A program made the translations under genes and the position numbers. 64,000 nt of DNA from Patescibacteria group bacterium (GTDB lineage Bacteria > Patescibacteriota > Minisyncoccia > Phycocordibacterales > UBA918), in NCBI GenBank assembly GCA_019745315.1, contig JAIETH010000002.1:98306-162305 (forward strand). The letters are read 5' to 3'. Positions 45,572 to 54,380 of the stretch are shown piece by piece. A model generated the notes under the pieces. The model had not been told where the DNA came from, did no database searches, and saw only the letters and a program-made list of their open reading frames with translations. Position 1 is the first letter of the stretch, and each line of letters opens with the position of its first letter.

Positions 45572-45919
45572 ATGCTGAAAGCGAGCGCTCGTCTCTCTCG
45601 AGAGGAGTTTATGAAAGCTTTTAAAGGCGCACGAAGAGTGCGCTTTCCTGGTATTCAGGTTTTGTATTCCCCAGACTCGTCCTTCAAGGTTTCGGCAGTT
45701 GTTTCTAAAAAAATAGCCTCTACGGCGGTGAGGAGAAATTATATGCGTCGGTCAGTCTATGCTGCTGCACGAGACTGGTATACGAGTGCTCCACACGCTA
45801 CGGGTACATATATATTTGTCCTCCAGTCTGACGCAAAATCTATATCCATAAGCACACTTCATGATTCTGTGATGCTGGGTATAGAATCTTTCCTTCCCCC
45901 AACCACGTATTCAAGGTAG
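45572..45919 (+). CDS. rnpA: RNase P protein component
   Basis: basic 115-aa protein directly after rpmH; RNR-like motif KIASTAVRRNYMRR. Confidence 0.85.
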   Translation: MLKASARLSREEFMKAFKGARRVRFPGIQVLYSPDSSFKVSAVVSKKIASTAVRRNYMRRSVYAAARDWYTSAPHATGTYIFVLQSDAKSISISTLHDSVMLGIESFLPPTTYSR

Positions 45920-45929
45920 AATAGCGACC

Positions 45930-46670
45930 ATGTGGACTACCATTTGGCATACTTTCTTTTTTGATCCAACATACAACCTTCTTATTTTTATTGCTGGGCT
46001 TGTGCCTGGAGGGGATGTTGGTATTGCTATTATTGCATTCACCATCGTGATGAAGCTTATACTCCTCCCCCTTTCCCTAAAGGCTGCGCATACACAGTAT
46101 GTTATGCGACTGTTGGAGCCTCGTCTAAATGAGATTAAAGAAAAGTATAAAGAAAATAGAGAGGAGCTTGCTAAGAAAACAATGGCTGCCTACAAAGAGG
46201 CTGGTGTTAATCCACTCCTGAGCATTCTTCTGTTGTTCATCCAAATTCCAATACTCATAGCACTTTTCTTTGCAGTTGCTTCTGGAGGGGGCGTTAAGTT
46301 GCCCGATGTTAATGTGGATCTTCTGTATTCATTCATCTCGCACCCAGGGATGCTCACCATGCAGTTTTTTGGTGCCTTCGATATAACTCAAAAGAGTATC
46401 GTGCTAGCACTCTTGGCGGGTGTTACACAATATATACAAGGACATATATCCCTTCCCCCTCTTAAGGAAAAGACGAGTACAGAGCCAAATCTTAAAGACG
46501 ACCTTGCACGTAGTATGCAGCTCCAAATGAAGTATATGATGCCTATCGTCATCGCTATCGCTGCATTTACTACCTCTGCTGCGATTGCTCTCTACTTTGT
46601 GGTCAGTAACCTCATGGCTATTGCTCAAGAGTATGTTGTACGGAAACAGATTCCTAATCGCCACGTATAA
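45930..46670 (+). CDS. yidC: Membrane protein insertase YidC (short form)
   Basis: 246 aa, 5 transmembrane segments, MKLILLPLSLK, GVNPLLSILLLFIQIPILIALF. Confidence 0.9.
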   Translation: MWTTIWHTFFFDPTYNLLIFIAGLVPGGDVGIAIIAFTIVMKLILLPLSLKAAHTQYVMRLLEPRLNEIKEKYKENREELAKKTMAAYKEAGVNPLLSILLLFIQIPILIALFFAVASGGGVKLPDVNVDLLYSFISHPGMLTMQFFGAFDITQKSIVLALLAGVTQYIQGHISLPPLKEKTSTEPNLKDDLARSMQLQMKYMMPIVIAIAAFTTSAAIALYFVVSNLMAIAQEYVVRKQIPNRHV

Positions 46671-46676
46671 ACAAAG

Positions 46677-46706
46677 AAAAAGACCTCGCAAAGCGAGGTG
46701 TTTTTC
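46677..46706. terminator. Terminator after yidC
   Basis: aaaagacctcgc-aaag-cgaggtgttttt. Confidence 0.8.
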
Positions 46707-46729
46707 TAGTTGCTTTCAACTCTTGTAAA

Positions 46730-47917
46730 TTACTGAGGTATGTTATGAAGCCAAAGGCTGTCATCCTTTTTATTTTTGAAAATTGCTCGATATTCGGACA
46801 CGCGTAGGTCTAGCACATCTATCTCTTCTCGAGATTTCTGAGTCAGGTCAAGCGCCACAGAAGTCGCCCCTGTCGATGTTCCCACGGTAAAGAGTGTATC
46901 TGCGTAGGAGACAGTGCCTCTATACCAGTCAACAGGAAATGAGGTTGTTTTCGCGCTATCACTTGCCGCACACAACATGCGTATCTCTGACGCCCCACAT
47001 TTCTCTCGCAAAGTTGCGAGAGAGACAAAGTTTCCAATCCCCGTTTGTATGTTTAAAAGAAGTCCGTACGGATCACTTCCTGAGTTTTTGGTAACCAAGA
47101 GTGTATTGGCATCTATGCGGAGAGCCACAAGGTTTTTTGATTGGTCTATTTTAACGAGATTGTTTCCTGATATTCCGTACAGATAGCCCATAAATCCAAT
47201 CGCTGGTTTTGTGTAGACGTAATGTTTTTTATTCTCCCAGATATCCCACAAAACGGCTCCTTCTCCGAAAGGTAGAGAGAAGATTTGTGAAGCCGTACCA
47301 CTTTGGAGGTTTCGTGAATACCCCAAAAGACCACCCTCCGTACTCTTTCGTGTATAAAAGAGTTGTCCTTGTGCTCCAAATGCAATATTTTCTAGGCGTG
47401 GCGTTTCTTCAAGTGATATTTCAACAGATCCGCTATCTCCTGTGGCGAGGCTTCCAATGAATGTTTCTCCTTGTGTGCCATCTATATCGGTAATAATAAC
47501 GACGCGATTACCCGATGGTGACCAATATGATTCTACAACATACGGAATTGTTTGATTTGACACTCGTGTTTCTATCCCTGTTTCAAGTGAGATGTCGTAT
47601 ACATGCCCTGTACCCTTAGTCATGTAACGTACTACAAGCCCATCCGTGGTTGAGGCGATTACAGCCCCGGCTACAGGCCGTTCGGTGAGCTTGGTAAGCT
47701 CTGCTCCGATAGGTATTGTTCTGTCTTCTTCATAGTCGTCGACCTGATCTTCCAAGGCAACAGGAGTGGGCCCCGTGCTTACTGTAGTATTTTCACCAAA
47801 GATATTGTCCCGAATATCCTCAATGCTTTTTGGAGCACCATTGAGTAATAGATATATCCATACTCCCCCAAGAATGAGGATAAGAAGTACAAGGATGAGT
47901 ATAAATATTTTTTTCAT
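46730..47917 (-). CDS. Secreted protein (signal peptide), beta-rich; last gene of the T4SS-like cluster
   Basis: 395 aa, N-terminal transmembrane/signal segment MKKIFILILVLLILILGGVWIYLL. Confidence 0.5.
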   Translation of the reverse strand: MKKIFILILVLLILILGGVWIYLLLNGAPKSIEDIRDNIFGENTTVSTGPTPVALEDQVDDYEEDRTIPIGAELTKLTERPVAGAVIASTTDGLVVRYMTKGTGHVYDISLETGIETRVSNQTIPYVVESYWSPSGNRVVIITDIDGTQGETFIGSLATGDSGSVEISLEETPRLENIAFGAQGQLFYTRKSTEGGLLGYSRNLQSGTASQIFSLPFGEGAVLWDIWENKKHYVYTKPAIGFMGYLYGISGNNLVKIDQSKNLVALRIDANTLLVTKNSGSDPYGLLLNIQTGIGNFVSLATLREKCGASEIRMLCAASDSAKTTSFPVDWYRGTVSYADTLFTVGTSTGATSVALDLTQKSREEIDVLDLRVSEYRAIFKNKKDDSLWLHNIPQ

Positions 47918-47958
47918 AAAGTATTAATTAAAAGAAAGATCATGCATATAAAAAGTTT

Positions 47959-48612
47959 TTAAGGTACAAGACCTGTACATCTTCGACAAATACCTCCTGC
48001 AGCTCTACATTGCGGCACATTATTTTCCGCACAACAAAGTACTGTGTTGGTGTCGCATGTCCTACATTCAGGAGTTCCGTCTGGAAATCTTCTCCCTGTA
48101 AAGTTTAGATTGCTTCCTGTGCAACCAGCGACGTCGCTCGTGGTCGCTGTCCCCCCAGTAGTCGCTCCAGGGCTTTGTGTTGCAATCGAAACCGGAGGTG
48201 CACCACGTAACGGATCAAGTTTTATCTCTCCTGAAATAGTCTCCAAAATGAGTACCGTGGAAAGTATTAAGAGAAGCCCCGCAAGAGACGCAGTTATGGT
48301 TGCTTTTGCCTCCCCCATCCCCCCATGATTCCCAGCCGAAGAGAGGTATTTGAAACCAGCAAAGCTAATTTGGAATACTGCAGCAAGTGCACCAATGGTT
48401 ATGGCAAGTCGGTACCCAGCATTTAAGAGGTTTACGAGTCTATCCTCATCTCGTCCACCTATGTCGGTGAGTCCTGGGATACCAGCGAGAGGTTGGAATT
48501 CTTGAGCAAAGGTATGGGTTGGGGCTATATATACAGAAAGAAGGAGGATAGCGAGAATATAAAAATACAGAAAAAAGAAAAGTCCTACTGAAGCTTTTTT
48601 ATTTCTAACCAT
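47959..48612 (-). CDS. VirB2/TrbC-like pilin-family protein, paralog 1: a signal peptide, a two-transmembrane-helix pilin-like core, and a short Cys-rich C-terminal tail
   Basis: Core QEFQPLAGIPGLT...LAITIGALAAVFQISFAGFKYL...ATITASLAGLLLILSTVLILE; tail with CxxC pairs (CRTCDTNTVLCCAENNVPQCRAAGGICRRC). Confidence 0.45.
   Translation of the reverse strand: MVRNKKASVGLFFFLYFYILAILLLSVYIAPTHTFAQEFQPLAGIPGLTDIGGRDEDRLVNLLNAGYRLAITIGALAAVFQISFAGFKYLSSAGNHGGMGEAKATITASLAGLLLILSTVLILETISGEIKLDPLRGAPPVSIATQSPGATTGGTATTSDVAGCTGSNLNFTGRRFPDGTPECRTCDTNTVLCCAENNVPQCRAAGGICRRCTGLVP
48163..48531. repeat. 369-bp segment 100% identical to 49080-49448, the shared core of the two pilin-like genes
   Basis: Exact nucleotide identity checked by eye from ccccagtagtcgctccagggc... 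to ...caaaggtatgggttgg. Both flanks diverge. Confidence 0.9.
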
Positions 48613-48703
48613 AATTAGTAGTCACAAAGAAATATCTTGCGTATCGTCATGTGTATCTATGATACCACTGGTTTCTGCGTGGATAAGTATATGTACACAA
48701 ACA

Positions 48704-49564
48704 TTACTGGGTTAGATAACAGGTGCCACCTCTGGGATCATACCCCTCTCTACATTCAGTTTCTATAGTTCCGTACGAGTACAAAAGACATCCTGCTTGC
48801 CCTCCTCCGGGGGGTTGTACGAATTGATACCCGGATTCGCACTGCGCATCTCCAGAAGGTTCTGTAAGTAGTGGTACGCATCCAGAGTTACCCCACTGCA
48901 CATTGAGACTGCCATCACATCCAACTTCTATATATATAGGCTCAGGCTCACGTTCAGTGCTGGTTTCTATTGGGGGAGTCGTGTTCGGGGTGCAATTTGT
49001 TGACGATCCTTGTGATGCTCCAGGTTGACAGACTCTGCCGATCTCAGGATTTCCTGTTCCGCCTGTCAGTGCTCCACTCCCCCCAGTAGTCGCTCCAGGG
49101 CTTTGTGTTGCAATCGAAACCGGAGGTGCACCACGTAACGGATCAAGTTTTATCTCTCCTGAAATAGTCTCCAAAATGAGTACCGTGGAAAGTATTAAGA
49201 GAAGCCCCGCAAGAGACGCAGTTATGGTTGCTTTTGCCTCCCCCATCCCCCCATGATTCCCAGCCGAAGAGAGGTATTTGAAACCAGCAAAGCTAATTTG
49301 GAATACTGCAGCAAGTGCACCAATGGTTATGGCAAGTCGGTACCCAGCATTTAAGAGGTTTACGAGTCTATCCTCATCTCGTCCACCTATGTCGGTGAGT
49401 CCTGGGATACCAGCGAGAGGTTGGAATTCTTGAGCAAAGGTATGGGTTGGTGTTCCGTGCAGAGAGAAAATAATATTCCCAAGAAGGATTGCGTGGGCAA
49501 GAAAGAACAATACTTTTGATCCTCGCATACTACTTAAAGTCCACCCTAAAGGTGTTTTCTGCAT
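48704..49564 (-). CDS. VirB2/TrbC-like pilin-family protein, paralog 2: a different signal peptide, an identical core, and a longer Cys-rich C-terminal domain
   Basis: 286 aa; C-terminal 130 aa has 8 Cys (VCQPG...NCTPN...GCDGS...GCVPL...CESGY...CLLYS...CREGY...CYLTQ). Confidence 0.45.
   Translation of the reverse strand: MQKTPLGWTLSSMRGSKVLFFLAHAILLGNIIFSLHGTPTHTFAQEFQPLAGIPGLTDIGGRDEDRLVNLLNAGYRLAITIGALAAVFQISFAGFKYLSSAGNHGGMGEAKATITASLAGLLLILSTVLILETISGEIKLDPLRGAPPVSIATQSPGATTGGSGALTGGTGNPEIGRVCQPGASQGSSTNCTPNTTPPIETSTEREPEPIYIEVGCDGSLNVQWGNSGCVPLLTEPSGDAQCESGYQFVQPPGGGQAGCLLYSYGTIETECREGYDPRGGTCYLTQ
49080..49448. repeat. Second copy of the 369-bp identical pilin-core segment
   Basis: see 48163-48531. 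Confidence 0.9.
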
Positions 49565-50504
49565 ACTGAGAAAGCACTGCGAGATTGCGAAGAGAGAAAC
49601 CGATGGTCGATACTCCTCCAGATCCTGATTTCTGAAGTGTGATTACTTGAGGATCACTCGTTGTATTATTCACACGCCCACCGTCTATTGTCCAACCATA
49701 TTCTGCGTTGTTGTATACAGTCGAGTCTATTGAATACGGCTGCGCACGGAGAGTCACTTCGTTTGTTGTTTGATAGTAAGAATCTTGTATTGCATTTCTA
49801 GAGAGTCCTGTAAGTGGACTGTAGGTATAAAATTGTAACGAAGGCTCCTCGGTCTCAATATAAAATGTCTTTTCATAGGTAGCTGATCCGTCGCGAGATG
49901 TTGCTGACAGAAGTACTAACGGGCTTCCGAATATTGGCAAAACCAGATCAAGAACAGGTCGCCCGCCATTCTCAATTATTTTATCGTCTACATTCCAACT
50001 ATAAAGTACGTCAGAGGGAGGAACTGGGGTGCCATTTGCATAGAACATCCGCGGAGCTGCGGTAATGCGAGCACGTGTTCCAATACTCGGAGTTGCTCTT
50101 CCTTGGTAAAAATAAGGAGCCATACTGGTGCCCTCTGTAATAATGTCTATTTCTTGAGGAACTACTATAGTGGAGATCTTCCCTCCTCCGCGAGAAACTT
50201 CTATTTTCATAGGTTCACCGAAGGCCGGAGCTACAAGCACAATAGCCATCTGATTTTTTTTATCAGGTTGCAGTACGCCGTTTATATACCAGGAAATATC
50301 GCCGCTGCCCAAAGTACCACTGTAATCTCCTAGGCGAGCAGTGAAGTTTGCCCCAGCTGTCACATTTAAAGGAGACAGTTCAATTGCTGCTGCTTGTCCG
50401 CCAAGGCTAGTTGTTTGTGCTGAAGCTTGATTCCCCCCAAGTATCAAAAATGCACAAAAAATAAGACCTAGAAAAATAGAATGCGTAGTGTTAGATGAAA
50501 TCAT
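49530..50504 (-). CDS. Secreted hypothetical protein of the T4SS-like cluster
   Basis: 324 aa, signal peptide (IFLGLIFCAFLILGGNQASA); overlaps neighbouring genes by 4 and 35 nt. Confidence 0.5.
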   Translation of the reverse strand: MISSNTTHSIFLGLIFCAFLILGGNQASAQTTSLGGQAAAIELSPLNVTAGANFTARLGDYSGTLGSGDISWYINGVLQPDKKNQMAIVLVAPAFGEPMKIEVSRGGGKISTIVVPQEIDIITEGTSMAPYFYQGRATPSIGTRARITAAPRMFYANGTPVPPSDVLYSWNVDDKIIENGGRPVLDLVLPIFGSPLVLLSATSRDGSATYEKTFYIETEEPSLQFYTYSPLTGLSRNAIQDSYYQTTNEVTLRAQPYSIDSTVYNNAEYGWTIDGGRVNNTTSDPQVITLQKSGSGGVSTIGFSLRNLAVLSQYAENTFRVDFK

Positions 50505-50935
50505 GCGTTATTTAAAGATGCTCTGCGGGCAACAATTTCAGATCGTCGTATACGTTGCTGACGTCTCATTTCTTGCTGAGCTTCTTCTAGTCTAGCATTT
50601 TGTTGTGCTCTCTCCTTGTCTTCAAGGCGAGAAGTGTGAATGACTCGCCATGTCCACCACGTAAGAGAAGGCATAAATTGCCCTGCAAGCGGTGTAAATT
50701 CAGATATAAAAACCACAAAAATGCTTTTAGTAGTAAAAGGTGTTACGTTGCTTATCATAAAGATAAAGCTATAGACAACGAGTATAAAAATTGTAAGGGC
50801 AAAGCTGAGCGCAATGGCAACTATCGAAAATACAAGGGTAAAAAAAAGAAATCCAAGTAGTACTTGAATTCCGTCACAAATTATAGCGAACAACAGTAAT
50901 CCAAATCGTGTTGTGTCTGAAATGCGGTGTTCCAC
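50501..50935 (-). CDS. Small polytopic membrane protein of the T4SS-like cluster
   Basis: 144 aa, 3 transmembrane segments, basic coiled C-terminus. Confidence 0.45.
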   Translation of the reverse strand: MEHRISDTTRFGLLLFAIICDGIQVLLGFLFFTLVFSIVAIALSFALTIFILVVYSFIFMISNVTPFTTKSIFVVFISEFTPLAGQFMPSLTWWTWRVIHTSRLEDKERAQQNARLEEAQQEMRRQQRIRRSEIVARRASLNNA

Positions 50936-50941
50936 AAAATA

Positions 50942-52756
50942 CTATTGAGTAGCGTTTAATTCCTCGCGGGCTTTTTTGATCTGCAAAAGTTGTGATGGAT
51001 CAGATGTTATGATCTGGTCTTCAGTATAGGACGCTATGATTTTAATAGCGACATGTTTAAGTCCCGCAAAGAAAATTCCTTCCCCTACTCCCGACTCGAG
51101 AAGAAGGAATTTTTCTTCGTCGGTGAGGTTAAATGCTTTTTGGAGACTATCAATCGTTGTTGGAGATTGCTTCATTAAGAGCTGTATGGAAGAGTTTGTG
51201 AGCATTGGAACTCCATATGGAGAGTTAAGAAAGTCGTTTACATCTTGAGTGATGGTTGCAAGTCCCAAATAGTACTTACGGCCACGTTTCGCAATACCAA
51301 AAAGGAATGACGCAGTATCTTCTGACTTCATCATCCACCACGCTTCATCTATCACAAGAAGTCGCTTCTTAAGTGTGCGGCGTACTGCGCTCCAGATATG
51401 GTGCGTAATCATGTACATAGCAATGGTTTTCAATTCCTCCTCCATGTCGCGAAGTGAAAACACGATAAAGTGCTCATTAATATCAACATTTGTTGGACGA
51501 TTCATGAAGCCTTCCCATGTACCTCGTGTGTATTTAGAGAGGCGCTGTACCAACGACTCGCTTCCCTCCATGCCAGAAAGTATCATTTCAAGATCTGAAA
51601 GAAGTGGTGGCTCCATGCCACTAAAGTCACTGTGCTGGGTTATGTCCTTAAGGGCATATGTCTCAGTGATAGCCCTATCGATGATTGCGTCCTCGTCAGG
51701 AGTGAGGCCGGAAAGCATAAGTCTAAAGAGACCCACAAGATTTATGATATGAGAGCGTAACACCTCCTCTGGTGTTTCGTCTGCAAGAAGTTCAGGCAGG
51801 TCAAAGGGGTTGATGTGGTGAGGTGACGAAAGTGAGATATTGAAGAAGCGCCCCCCTGTCGCTTCTGCGAGGTATTCGTATTCATGCTCAGGGTCTATGA
51901 CGATCACTTCCGTACCAAACATAAGCGAGCGAAGGATTTCGAGCTTTGCGGCGTACGACTTACCTGATCCAGACGTTGCAAATGTTACTGAGTTGTAGTT
52001 TTCAAGAGAGAATCTATCAAAGAGTACGAGAGAAGAGTTGTGTCTATTGATACCGTAGAGAATCCCTGTATCAGCGGTAAGGTCAAATGAGGTAAAGGGG
52101 AAAAAGCTTGAAAGAGGCTCCGAGTTGAACTTCGAGTTCACAGAAAGCTCGTCGTTTCCTATTGGTATAGACGAGCGAAACCCTTCTTCTTGTTGAAAGA
52201 GAGCTGGTTTAAGGTAGATCAGGCGTGAGTCAAGAATTGATCGAACATCAGACTCCGTCTTGTCCAACTCTTCTTCGTTCATTCCGTAGATGGTGATATA
52301 GAGACCTACATCAAAAAGCCTCTCTTCAGCTTGTTGGAGTTTATCGCGGAGAGCTTCAAGGTTTTGATACGCAGCTTCGAGCTGCGGATCTCGCACAAAC
52401 CCCTTCTCTTCCCTCGTGCTCATCTGGCTTTGAACCTCAGCAACCTTTTTTCTGAAGCTCTTAAGGACATCATTTGTATCCATTGGGTGCACAAAAATGG
52501 ATACATCAAAAACTTTTTCCAAGTTAAGTATTGGTTCAAGCCATCCCTCACTCAGATAGCGAGGATATGCAACAACAAAAAAAGATCGAGCAAGGCGGCC
52601 GCTGACATTGATCTGACGAGGTGTTACCCCTATCGCCGAGGGGGCTATAACATCCTTAAGGTCAAGCGAGCTGGCATCATAAATCTCCTGAGGGAGCGCT
52701 CCTTCAGCGTCTTGTCCTTTTTTCTTTTGTATAAAGTCAAATAATCCCATGCTCAC
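50942..52756 (-). CDS. VirB4/TrbE/CagE-family conjugal-transfer-type ATPase, C-terminal (ATPase) portion. It is separated from its N-terminal domain by a single in-frame TAA.
   Basis: Walker A TSGSGKSY, Walker B LLVIDEAW, VirB4-typical RKYYLGLATITQ; the listed start is a GTG. Confidence 0.8.
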   Translation of the reverse strand: MSMGLFDFIQKKKGQDAEGALPQEIYDASSLDLKDVIAPSAIGVTPRQINVSGRLARSFFVVAYPRYLSEGWLEPILNLEKVFDVSIFVHPMDTNDVLKSFRKKVAEVQSQMSTREEKGFVRDPQLEAAYQNLEALRDKLQQAEERLFDVGLYITIYGMNEEELDKTESDVRSILDSRLIYLKPALFQQEEGFRSSIPIGNDELSVNSKFNSEPLSSFFPFTSFDLTADTGILYGINRHNSSLVLFDRFSLENYNSVTFATSGSGKSYAAKLEILRSLMFGTEVIVIDPEHEYEYLAEATGGRFFNISLSSPHHINPFDLPELLADETPEEVLRSHIINLVGLFRLMLSGLTPDEDAIIDRAITETYALKDITQHSDFSGMEPPLLSDLEMILSGMEGSESLVQRLSKYTRGTWEGFMNRPTNVDINEHFIVFSLRDMEEELKTIAMYMITHHIWSAVRRTLKKRLLVIDEAWWMMKSEDTASFLFGIAKRGRKYYLGLATITQDVNDFLNSPYGVPMLTNSSIQLLMKQSPTTIDSLQKAFNLTDEEKFLLLESGVGEGIFFAGLKHVAIKIIASYTEDQIITSDPSQLLQIKKAREELNATQ

Positions 52757-52762
52757 TGTTTG

Positions 52763-53386
52763 TTATTGTGGCGGCAGTGCCTTCTTCCCTTCGTTAGGAT
52801 TAAATATGTGATAAAAGAGGTCAACAACTTCATTTGTTCCAAGGGTGACTGTTCGTACTCCAACGCGCGCAAGTCCCTGCTCCACCACTGCGATGCGTTG
52901 TTCGAGCTGAGAACGATCCTCCTCAAATGCATCGTCAGGCAAGACATTCTTTTTTTTGGAATTTCCAAAGAGTGACTTCAATCCTTTCGACACATCAACT
53001 TTTGCGGGAACATACGAAACAATGACAAAAAAGCTCTTTGTCATAATATCAGTATCATGAGCAAATGATCGAATAAAACCGATGTATTCTCGCAACTGTA
53101 CCTTCATGAGATCGTTCTTTTGTCCGGCTTCGCGCGAAGCAAGGAGTTCGAGATAGGGATTGATATCAAGCTCTCGTGATTGTACGTAGAATTGTACTGA
53201 AAAATCGAGGGTGTTGAGGAAGTTTTGAAATTGACTGAGTATCGCCTGTTGCTCATCACTTGATTTAAGCGCAAAGTTAATTGAAGAAGCCATAAGAACA
53301 GCACGCAGGCTCCCATCCTTAAGAACCACGACCCCGTCACGGATCTCCTCAAGTGGTACAAATGATTGGGTTGGGTCAGTCGCCAT
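52763..53386 (-). CDS. VirB4-family N-terminal domain, encoded as a separate ORF
   Basis: SFVPLEEIRDGVVVLKDGSLRAVLMASSINFALKSSDEQQAI is the characteristic VirB4/TraC N-terminus. It ends with TAA at 52763-52765, in the same frame as the downstream ATPase ORF. Confidence 0.7.
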   Translation of the reverse strand: MATDPTQSFVPLEEIRDGVVVLKDGSLRAVLMASSINFALKSSDEQQAILSQFQNFLNTLDFSVQFYVQSRELDINPYLELLASREAGQKNDLMKVQLREYIGFIRSFAHDTDIMTKSFFVIVSYVPAKVDVSKGLKSLFGNSKKKNVLPDDAFEEDRSQLEQRIAVVEQGLARVGVRTVTLGTNEVVDLFYHIFNPNEGKKALPPQ

Positions 53387-53389
53387 ATA

Positions 53390-53800
53390 CTATCGTTTGT
53401 TTTGTAGGGCATTAATTTCAAGCTTACGCGCCATAGATGCAAGGCTGCTTGAGCTCGGAGGAACATAGCTTTGTGTGGCTGCGCCCTCTTTCTTCACTAT
53501 CTTTTTACTCTCTTTTCTCCACAGGTACAGTTTTGAGTGCATGAGATATCCAACAAATGATTCGAGGGTATTCACAAAGGGGCGCTCATTGTATCTATAG
53601 AATGCGAGCGCAACGGCGAGTGCCGCTATAGGTGTTCCGAATATAATGACAAATATAAATGGCAAAAAAGTGTAGAGAATAAAGAGTGAGCCCGCTCCTC
53701 CCACAAGATAAATAAATTGCTTCCACGTAAAGGGGCCAAAAATTTTATCTTCAATCTCGATAAATTGAGGGACTTCAAAACGCATACACGTATTATACAT
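53390..53800 (-). CDS. PrgI/TcpE-like small membrane protein (VirB3 analogue of Gram-positive-type T4SS)
   Basis: EVPQFIEIEDKIFGPFTWKQFIYLVGGAG followed by two transmembrane segments. Confidence 0.55.
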   Translation of the reverse strand: MYNTCMRFEVPQFIEIEDKIFGPFTWKQFIYLVGGAGSLFILYTFLPFIFVIIFGTPIAALAVALAFYRYNERPFVNTLESFVGYLMHSKLYLWRKESKKIVKKEGAATQSYVPPSSSSLASMARKLEINALQNKR

Positions 53801-53832
53801 GTGACGAGCGTATAGTTACGCACAGTGCTGTA

Positions 53833-54360
53833 TTACTCAGGCTTTTCTCTGTAGGGATCCTCAGTGTACTGAGGCATATTCGTCAGAGGTTTTGTGTATG
53901 ACGGAGGTTGGTATTGGGGAGTTGCTAAAGGTGAGGCTGATACGGGAGTGGCTTCTTCGATCAAGCGTTTTTGAAACACAGGCGTTGATTTTGCTACAGG
54001 CATGGTCTCCTTTGGAAGACTTGCTTCATGCACCTTTCTTTCATTCCATGCCTGCTTCATCTCTTCTCGCGCTTCCACAAAAATCGTTGTATCAATATCG
54101 CGTGCGATACTTGTAGCAACTGAGCCTGGGATGAGTAATTCTTCCATGATACGTTCCTCAAAACGATTACTGTCTTCAAAAGTGAGAAGTGTTAAGGTAA
54201 CCATTTCTCGAAGAATGCCAGCTTTGTCTTCAGGTAAGCGATGTTTTTCTGCAACAATCTGCACCGAAGAAGCAAGAGAGGGACGCATGATCAGGTTCTG
54301 CAGTTTTTCCGGCAGGCTCTCGAAACGTTCTCGTAATAGTGTAATAAATTGAGGATCCAT
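53833..54360 (-). CDS. Hypothetical protein of the T4SS-like cluster
   Basis: 175 aa, helical, no transmembrane segment. Confidence 0.4.
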   Translation of the reverse strand: MDPQFITLLRERFESLPEKLQNLIMRPSLASSVQIVAEKHRLPEDKAGILREMVTLTLLTFEDSNRFEERIMEELLIPGSVATSIARDIDTTIFVEAREEMKQAWNERKVHEASLPKETMPVAKSTPVFQKRLIEEATPVSASPLATPQYQPPSYTKPLTNMPQYTEDPYREKPE

Positions 54361-54380
54361 ATACTTTCTATGTCTTTAAT

